From a virus: a stretch of 64,000 nucleotides of DNA. Below, one piece after another: positions 57,178 to 64,000 of this stretch. Position numbers and translations under genes: made by a program. The notes under the pieces were generated by a model. It saw nothing but the letters and a program-made list of their open reading frames with translations, did not search any database and was not told the DNA's origin. The stretch is taken from the IMG/VR virus record IMGVR_UViG_3300022752_000021; one strand, written 5' to 3'. How positions within the stretch are numbered: the stretch's first letter is position 1; every line of letters begins with the position of its first letter.

Positions 57178-58833
57178 TCAATACCATGAGTTCATGTTGG
57201 AATCTCTTTCCCTGAACCACAGAGAACCATCTTCTCCCTTTTCAGGCACAGAATCCTCTACACCATCATCGATGAAACCGAAAGGAGTCATCTCTTCCTC
57301 AAGTTTATCAATCGTATCCTTATAGATGTCTCTTCTGATGTCTAGGGATGACAAGTCCTTGAAGTATGGTTGGGTTGATAGCCACCCAAACAGCACCAAG
57401 GTCATCACAAGGTCATCGTTATATCCAACCTCTGCCTCAAAGGAGTTTTTCTTGGAGATGAACGCAAATAGTTCCTTGATCACGTCAAAATCCTGAATGA
57501 TCATCCTATCCGATTCGATTAGCGATTTCAGAATGGAGCAACCAGTCCTCTTGACAACTTCGGTTGTCCTCACTCCAAACTGACTCGTTCCAGATCCGAA
57601 CCCACCGTCAAGGACTTGTCCTTTTCTCCCACGCATTGTGGAAGAGAGAAGATTTTCATATTCCATCTCGGCATGGAGTATGTCTGCAACCTGACCACCC
57701 ATGTCGTTGATTTCGACAAGAACATGGGCATTGTTATATTGCTTTGCTGCCACATGGATGGCATTCGGAAATACCATCGGGGACATATTGTTGTTCTTGA
57801 AGGTGGCAACAAGCCTATATGGAGCCACCGTGATGTCCATGATGGTGAATGCCGAATAGTCCTGTCCAGTTCCTCTAGAGACATCCACGCACATGACATA
57901 TGTGTGCTTCTCCTCGGGCTTGGCATAGACTTTGAATCCTTCTCCATTCTTGAACACAGGATCAACATACGCCAAGGTCTTGAGTTTGGATGGAGATATC
58001 AGAGTATGAATAGACCCCACGAAGTCGCAGTCAAACTCCGTCCTGAACTGTTCCTCGGAGGTGTTTGCAATCGTCTCCTGCTTCCACTTCTCATCTCGAC
58101 CAGGAACATCGGACCAGTGGACATCAATAGGAATGTACGAGTTTCTTCCGTTCGTTGCATCTGTCCATAACTTGTAGTACAGATTCATTCCGTGGGGAGT
58201 GGAGACTATGAATACCTTTGTCTCTTGACCCGATGAAATCGTCGGATACACGGAGGAGAAAAACTCCTCTGCTACATTCTGTGGAACATACGCAAACTCG
58301 TCTAGGAAGATCATGTTGAAAGATCCACCACGGACTGCGCTAGACGAGGTTGCCGATGCTAGAACCTTCGATCCATTCTCAAGTTGAATAGATCCCTTGT
58401 TCCATTCCACAACACCCTGCTGAAGCCACTTTGGAAGATACTCATATGCCAGTTTGAGTCTAGATAGAAGTTCTCTTGCCGTACTCAACTTGTTTGCAAG
58501 TATGGCAACATTCACACTTTGGTTGAATAGGACATAGTGAAGAATATATGCCGTGACTGTGGTTGACTTTCCACTCTGTCGGGGGAGTTTGGCAATGACG
58601 AACCTGTTCTGGTGAACAGTCCGAACCATCTCTTCCTGAAAGTCGTATAGTTCAAATGGAACAAGACCTTTGTCGAGGCTGATGATCTTCACATAGTTTT
58701 GTATGAAGTAGATCGGATCGCGAGCGCACTTGGCATATTCCTCAAGTTGCTCCTTCGTCCAATCGTGCTTTACATCGGAAGCCTTTAGATTTGGATTGCC
58801 AAGATAGTTCTTGCTATTCTTAGTATCAGCCAT
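57178..58833 (-). CDS. gp17: Terminase large subunit
   Basis: YLGNPNLK, PRQSGKST, ILANK, RGGSFN..FLDEFA, VSTP.G.N, DVSRG.G.DYS, DDLVM. Confidence 0.98.
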   Translation of the reverse strand: MADTKNSKNYLGNPNLKASDVKHDWTKEQLEEYAKCARDPIYFIQNYVKIISLDKGLVPFELYDFQEEMVRTVHQNRFVIAKLPRQSGKSTTVTAYILHYVLFNQSVNVAILANKLSTARELLSRLKLAYEYLPKWLQQGVVEWNKGSIQLENGSKVLASATSSSAVRGGSFNMIFLDEFAYVPQNVAEEFFSSVYPTISSGQETKVFIVSTPHGMNLYYKLWTDATNGRNSYIPIDVHWSDVPGRDEKWKQETIANTSEEQFRTEFDCDFVGSIHTLISPSKLKTLAYVDPVFKNGEGFKVYAKPEEKHTYVMCVDVSRGTGQDYSAFTIMDITVAPYRLVATFKNNNMSPMVFPNAIHVAAKQYNNAHVLVEINDMGGQVADILHAEMEYENLLSSTMRGRKGQVLDGGFGSGTSQFGVRTTEVVKRTGCSILKSLIESDRMIIQDFDVIKELFAFISKKNSFEAEVGYNDDLVMTLVLFGWLSTQPYFKDLSSLDIRRDIYKDTIDKLEEEMTPFGFIDDGVEDSVPEKGEDGSLWFRERDSNMNSWY

Positions 58834-59305
58834 TTTCTATGATCTTCTTTGAGGAATCAATAATCGCATCGGTATCTTTGATAGCCTTTGCGAAACTTCT
58901 CTTTGGATTTATGAGTTCTTGTAGTTCTTTCGTAGAACCCAAGAATATGGCATTGGTGGTGTTGTTCACCGTCTTCTGCTCATACTTGTTTTCTTTGATG
59001 GTCTTCATTCGTTGGTGAAGTTCGACAAGATCTTTATTTGTATCTGCGACCGCTTTGATCATCTGTGCAACGACTTCATAGGCTCGCGGAGAATCTCCCT
59101 CGCTTGCCACCTTCAATACCCCATCGATGGCTTGAAACCCCAAATTGACGAGTTCCTTGAGGTTTTCCCTTGCTCGCTGAAAGTCTTTATCCACGTCATC
59201 CATAGCCACGGTGACTTCTTTTGGCTCAGGTGGTTTTGCGACAATAGATTTTGGCTCGGGTTCTATGTTCAGAATCTCCGATAGATTCTCGTCCATCTTA
59301 CTCAT
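58826..59305 (-). CDS. gp16: Terminase small subunit
   Basis: DF..AR.NL..L...G..A, PRAYEV....IK...D.N..L..L, NNAIF.GST.ELQ. Confidence 0.93.
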   Translation of the reverse strand: MSKMDENLSEILNIEPEPKSIVAKPPEPKEVTVAMDDVDKDFQRARENLKELVNLGFQAIDGVLKVASEGDSPRAYEVVAQMIKAVADTNKDLVELHQRMKTIKENKYEQKTVNNTTNAIFLGSTKELQELINPKRSFAKAIKDTDAIIDSSKKIIENG

Positions 59306-59311
59306 GATATA

Positions 59312-61774
59312 TCACCTTCCTACGAACTGATCCGACGATCTATACTCCACAAGAGTAGTTATATTGTTGTCTGTAAAATATTCGATTGCAGCGGCAAGTT
59401 GTTCCTTTGAGAGTTCAAAATATGCATCTCTCATGATTTTATAAGCAGTGATAATGTTATCATTGGCTATGCTTTGCCACCTATCACGCAGAGATGTGTT
59501 TTTATACATTATTGATTCTTGATTCAATGGTACTTGATACCATCTAAATGTCCCATTGAAACCATATGGAATCATGGTGTTGCCACCTGTTAGTCCAGTA
59601 TTTGATTCATATACTCTAAAATCACTAAATCGACCAGATCTAAATGTGGTGAGATAATTGGCATGATTCGCTTCTGCCGCAGTAAGTCCAAGATCTGGTA
59701 GACTTTCTCCAAACGACAACTCATATTGCAATTGTTGTAGATTAAAGAAATACGTTTCAAGCCCTCGGATAAATGCTGTAGTTGGGTCTGATCCAGATAT
59801 ACCACGTTTAGTTACAACCTTCGTATATTCAGCAGCACCTCTTGCAATATTTCCAAGATAGAATCCATTCAATAGTAGTTGATCAACATCGTTCTTAAGA
59901 ACAAACCCATTTGCTGAAACGTCTCCATTGAACATGGGTTTAATAAGATACTCAACAAAATCTTCAGGCTTATATGGAACAGAACCACCCCTTGTTAAGT
60001 CATAATCTTCATTTCTTCCCGATACCAATGGAACTATTCTATAGTTAAATTTTCCTCGCTCATCAAGCAACAACTTCCACATTTTAAGTGATGAGTGTAT
60101 AGTTGCTTTCATAGACTCTTTGAGGTTAAACAATCTTTCGGCAGTATTTCCACCCATATCTTGGTGGATCGTACAATCTCGTCTTGATGCGAAATTGTTC
60201 GCAAGATTATACGAACCCTTTACTTGCACTGGTATGAACGGATTGAATCTTGGAACAAACTCCATCGCAAAGAAGTTCATGTCCTTATATCCGCCGTATT
60301 CCAACTGCTCTTGATAGATGTCATAGTAATATGAATCAAGGAAGTTCATGGTGGTTCCAAGCGGACCTCTAGGACCAGCGTTGTCAACAAACAACTTCAG
60401 AATATTTGCAGGAAGTAATCTTGAAGCCTGATATGTGTTAGATGCTGCTGATGTTGATGTTGCACCACCAAGCATGAAATATTCGTTATAGAATGAAGAA
60501 TCGCCAGTGAGAGACTTGTGATAACTATTCCAACCAGAGGAACCACCAGATCCACCAAAGGAAGTTGCTCCTGTTGAACCAAGATAGTTGTAAGTATTTG
60601 GTGGTGGATAGAAAGTTATACCAGCAATCCTGTTTAGGAAATATGATGCTCCAGAACTACCAAATGGACCTGTGCCGTCTCTTGCTGTACCTGGAGTTGG
60701 TATTGATGGAATCCATCCAAATACTGATGTGGTATATGGATATGAGTATTGTCCTAGATTTGCACCAACGGATGGGATTGCTTTATATCTTCTTGGATAT
60801 GTCTTGAACTCACTGAAGAATCTCTCGTTGAAACTCTTACTGAGATTGAAGCCATCAAGATTAATATAGTTTCCAGTTTTACCAGAACTACGAATGAGTT
60901 CTGTAGACCATGCTGGATTCGCTGAGTTTCCAACATACTGGGATATCATCCCCGTTTCACCACGCATAAAAGCATTGTCTGAATACTTTATGAATGAGTA
61001 GTATGGTTCAAATGAAGATACTAGACCAGAGAATGTCATGCCTCTATCTGCTAGAATAGAAAAGTTTCTTCTTGTGGAGAAATGAATATCTGGTGTGAAG
61101 TATATTGATCGTACTGAAGCACTCAAACCAGTATTTGCAGACAGACCGAAGTATAGGGGAGAGTCTAATGTTGCTGTTGGTAAACCATTGCTATGTGTAA
61201 GACCAAGAACAGATGGATTTTCTAGTAATTGAAATGGAGCAAGAACTCCACCAAAATTCACTATTGTATATGTTCCAGCAGACGAACCCTTCGCAGTAAC
61301 TCCCGTGAATGCAGTTATTCCAATGGGTTGATTTGCACCCGTAATGCTATAAAACTGTGGATACTGTAGAAGAATATTTGAGTTGTCATACAAGGCTTTG
61401 AAAGCCCCATACGAAGTTGAATATCCTATAGTGCAAAACTCTGCTTGTCTTAGTTGATCTGTATCATAAAGAACTTCATGTCCCAAACTCTGAAGATATG
61501 TCATACCAGCAAAGAATCTACCATGTTCATACGTCAATCCATCTGCTGCACCAGTTAAGGAACTTATAAATGGGTTGAAATTTTCTGTTGGAGCAAAATA
61601 TGGAATAATGCTTCTGCTGAAAAAAATCTCGGGTGTGATTTCTTTCTGTTCAACTGTGATCTTTATTTTCTTTATTGTATTTGCAGTAGTCAAATCGGCA
61701 GTTTCAGTAGCAGTCGTAAGAATGCGATACTGACTCAAAAATCCATCTAGATTTCTTTCTGCTGTTGATGACAT
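59312..61774 (-). CDS. 820-aa hypothetical protein inserted between gp15 and gp16, probably structural
   Basis: Long ORF abutting gp15; Gly/Thr/Ser/aromatic-rich; no family recognised. Confidence 0.7.
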   Translation of the reverse strand: MSSTAERNLDGFLSQYRILTTATETADLTTANTIKKIKITVEQKEITPEIFFSRSIIPYFAPTENFNPFISSLTGAADGLTYEHGRFFAGMTYLQSLGHEVLYDTDQLRQAEFCTIGYSTSYGAFKALYDNSNILLQYPQFYSITGANQPIGITAFTGVTAKGSSAGTYTIVNFGGVLAPFQLLENPSVLGLTHSNGLPTATLDSPLYFGLSANTGLSASVRSIYFTPDIHFSTRRNFSILADRGMTFSGLVSSFEPYYSFIKYSDNAFMRGETGMISQYVGNSANPAWSTELIRSSGKTGNYINLDGFNLSKSFNERFFSEFKTYPRRYKAIPSVGANLGQYSYPYTTSVFGWIPSIPTPGTARDGTGPFGSSGASYFLNRIAGITFYPPPNTYNYLGSTGATSFGGSGGSSGWNSYHKSLTGDSSFYNEYFMLGGATSTSAASNTYQASRLLPANILKLFVDNAGPRGPLGTTMNFLDSYYYDIYQEQLEYGGYKDMNFFAMEFVPRFNPFIPVQVKGSYNLANNFASRRDCTIHQDMGGNTAERLFNLKESMKATIHSSLKMWKLLLDERGKFNYRIVPLVSGRNEDYDLTRGGSVPYKPEDFVEYLIKPMFNGDVSANGFVLKNDVDQLLLNGFYLGNIARGAAEYTKVVTKRGISGSDPTTAFIRGLETYFFNLQQLQYELSFGESLPDLGLTAAEANHANYLTTFRSGRFSDFRVYESNTGLTGGNTMIPYGFNGTFRWYQVPLNQESIMYKNTSLRDRWQSIANDNIITAYKIMRDAYFELSKEQLAAAIEYFTDNNITTLVEYRSSDQFVGR

Positions 61775-62437
61775 TTACTCGTCCGTTAGTTCTCTAAAGG
61801 TTAGATCAATTTCGCGAATAAGACCAGAAGTTCGCACTGGTCCAAAAATATAAGATTTCGTTTGAAAGATTAGTGAGTGTGTAATCAGTCTTCGTTCGTT
61901 CAAATCACCCTCGTAATCCTCAACACTGCTGATAGAAGAAAGAATGATTGGCACATCCACTTTTCTATCTAGTTCTGTGAAGTTCATGCTTATCGTAAAG
62001 TCTGGTGTGAAATACGGTAGTATCTGCTCTATGATTTGATACCCATCATCGATATTGCGATTCATTATGTTGAGAGTGAACTCTATGTTGTATGGAACTT
62101 CACTATAAGCATATGATATGGTGCTATCGTTTTCGTCTCGTACAGAATACACCTTATTCAAACTATTGAGTTTTCTGTTGTTGTCGTAAACCATCGAAGA
62201 GATTTCAAATGACATTCTTGGGAGAATGTTTTCGAAACTCTTTCTTGCGGGGTCTGCTTCATCCAGTTCCCTGATTTTACGGACAAACTTTTCTTTTGGA
62301 CCGTATGAGATAGGAACCTTTATTTTCTTTTGTTCTGTTCCATCTGCCTCTTTGCGAGAGATGTATATCTCGTTGAACAGAGAGCCAAACGCAACAACTA
62401 ACTTTCGAATGCTTCCGTGATAGAAATAGCGAAACAT
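61775..62437 (-). CDS. gp15: Tail sheath stabiliser / terminator
   Basis: YFYH..IRK..VAFG.LFN, KVPI.YGPKEKF, LPRMSFE, VPYN, QI.EQILPYF.P. Confidence 0.95.
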   Translation of the reverse strand: MFRYFYHGSIRKLVVAFGSLFNEIYISRKEADGTEQKKIKVPISYGPKEKFVRKIRELDEADPARKSFENILPRMSFEISSMVYDNNRKLNSLNKVYSVRDENDSTISYAYSEVPYNIEFTLNIMNRNIDDGYQIIEQILPYFTPDFTISMNFTELDRKVDVPIILSSISSVEDYEGDLNERRLITHSLIFQTKSYIFGPVRTSGLIREIDLTFRELTDE

Positions 62438-63291
62438 CAGTAGTTCGCCTCACTGAAAGGATCTTTATCGGTAAAGTCGATTATATCCAACTTTGCGCGT
62501 TCCTTTTCGATATCCCCACCATCATCAAGATTAGCATTGATGAATTTCTTCTCGGTGGTGGTGATGGTTTCATAATCAGCAGAGGCACTAGATTGTTCTC
62601 CGCGCAATCTTGTCAGCGAAGATGGTGTGCCAGTTTCAGTATGCACCTGTATAGTATTGACAAGAGGGTTGAAGTTGAGAACGGTGGCAGACCAAGATGC
62701 TGCACCAAAGCACAAACCTTGATATATCTTTTCACCTTCGTAGAATGAGCCACAAACACCGCTTATTGTAAACTCTCTAATATTGGTGAGGATTTGAGTT
62801 TCGATATCATCGACTTCCTTGATCTCGGTGTCGATCTGCTCGCCAGAGTATCGGAAGAGTTCACATGATATTTCGTAGGCAAAGAATGAGTTTCTGCTTC
62901 CGACATACTTTACTTCGTACAACCCACCATATTCGGGAAAATAGATGAGATCCCCCTCTTGTGGGCTTGTGTCTGTTCCATACCTTGCAGCCTCCTCGGA
63001 AAACCTCTTCTTGGAAACCATGAGGGTGACAGAATCTTGAAGATTGATTCCGAACTTGTCCATCATCTTGTTCTGAGATTCGAAGAACTCGTAGTTGGCT
63101 ACGAACATTTCCACCTGAAAACTCTTGTTGAACTTGGATACAGGATCCTCTCCAAAGAGATTATCCAAGTTCTGAAACTTGCGGAAGATGTAATGGACAT
63201 CAAAGCCATAGATCTTGATCTGCTCAACAACAAGTTGTTCAAAGAGATCTGATTCGCGAGAAGAGACTTTGAAGTAGTTGTTCCGTGCCAT
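62437..63291 (-). CDS. gp14: Neck protein (head completion)
   Basis: E..L...L..E.IK..G, LFGED..SKF, KFG....D, P.EGDLIY.P, CELF.YS.E, IIDF...PF. Confidence 0.94.
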   Translation of the reverse strand: MARNNYFKVSSRESDLFEQLVVEQIKIYGFDVHYIFRKFQNLDNLFGEDPVSKFNKSFQVEMFVANYEFFESQNKMMDKFGINLQDSVTLMVSKKRFSEEAARYGTDTSPQEGDLIYFPEYGGLYEVKYVGSRNSFFAYEISCELFRYSGEQIDTEIKEVDDIETQILTNIREFTISGVCGSFYEGEKIYQGLCFGAASWSATVLNFNPLVNTIQVHTETGTPSSLTRLRGEQSSASADYETITTTEKKFINANLDDGGDIEKERAKLDIIDFTDKDPFSEANY

Positions 63292-64000
63292 CAGCCCACC
63301 ATGAAATCTGTTGGTAGTTCGTACTTGCTTTGCACGGTGTCCTCAATCTTTGTGAGTTCCACCATCGCATCGTTGTACATGTCTCGGGCATCAAACTGCA
63401 TACCACCAGGCAATGCTATGTTTGAGAATTTGCTTAGATTTGATGCCCATTGTCTCTTGATAAGAGCGGTAACATACTGCTTCAGAAGAATATCATTGTA
63501 TATCTCAGGATAAGTTTCTGGATTTAGGGCAACATATGCCTGAACAAGTATCTTGTCACCAACCCGAAGTGACTCAGACCAATCTGTGTTTATCTTGAGT
63601 TTATTGGTGACTCTGCTGAAACTTATAGTCTTCTCTGGACTCAAGTACTGCTGTAATAGAGATAGGTACTGTTTGGTTGTGTCATAGTATGAAAGATTCG
63701 ATGTACCGGTGAGGAATCCGTTGAAGTAATCGTTCAACATCAACTGATACTGAACACTGAACATTCCGCTCTGAACGGCTTGATCAACAATGAAAATCTT
63801 TGTAATACTGATGATGTTACCACCGCTTGATCCCGTGGAGATGCTGTTCGTGTCGATGTATTTGTTGTTTAGATCCGTTTGTGTGATAATATATGGAACA
63901 TAAACTTCTTCAACGCCATCAAAATGATATTCGGAGAAGAACTGAATAGCATCATCAATGCGATCTTCAACTTGGGCATCGTCAACATTTATTTCGATGA
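63291..64000 (-). CDS. gp13: Neck protein, 5' end beyond the window
   Basis: Frame open to the right edge: IEINVDDAQVEDRIDDAIQFF.EYHFDG...LK.Y.TALIK.QW..NL.KF....LPGG...YELP..MVG. Confidence 0.95.
   Translation of the reverse strand, partial: IEINVDDAQVEDRIDDAIQFFSEYHFDGVEEVYVPYIITQTDLNNKYIDTNSISTGSSGGNIISITKIFIVDQAVQSGMFSVQYQLMLNDYFNGFLTGTSNLSYYDTTKQYLSLLQQYLSPEKTISFSRVTNKLKINTDWSESLRVGDKILVQAYVALNPETYPEIYNDILLKQYVTALIKRQWASNLSKFSNIALPGGMQFDARDMYNDAMVELTKIEDTVQSKYELPTDFMVG

Noticed and set aside
5357-58833. Inteins in gp41, gp43, gp44, gp46 or gp17
   Set aside because: All have canonical lengths and contiguous motifs.
133-63513. Numerous plus-strand ORFs and short alternative-frame minus-strand ORFs in the track
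   Set aside because: They are shadows of well-supported minus-strand genes, many from collagen or acidic repeats, with no recognisable motifs.
1-64000. Stop-codon reassignment
   Set aside because: Core genes are full length in the standard code, and TAA, TAG and TGA all serve as stops.
1-64000. tRNA or other structured RNA genes
   Set aside because: Intergenic gaps are short (largest about 140 nt) and show no cloverleaf features by eye.

Overview
A 64-kb segment of a large T4-like myovirus genome. The core gene order (gp13-23, gp3, uvsY, uvsW, gp55, gp47, gp46, gp45, gp44, gp62, regA, gp43, uvsX, gp41, gp61, thyX) resembles that of cyanophage/pelagiphage-type T4 relatives. Every credible gene is on the minus strand and uses the standard code. 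Accessory features: (1) a ~9-kb island of sugar-pathway and glycosyltransferase-like genes between uvsX and gp41, plus a separate GT2-TPR glycosyltransferase; virion proteins carry recurring G-x-[T/S/C] motifs, which together suggest a phage-encoded virion glycosylation system. (2) A DNA methyltransferase split between its catalytic and SAM-binding motifs by an HNH endonuclease, with a 10-bp direct repeat whose joining restores an in-frame enzyme. (3) Two tandem tail-sheath paralogs. (4) A ~10-kb insertion between gp47 and gp46 with a 2458-aa putative glycan-active protein. (5) A +1 frameshift in gp47. (6) Two homing endonucleases, each with a late promoter inside an RBS-occluding hairpin. No tRNA, rRNA, CRISPR array, intein or reverse transcriptase was seen. 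All calls come from motif recognition by eye; no database searches were run.
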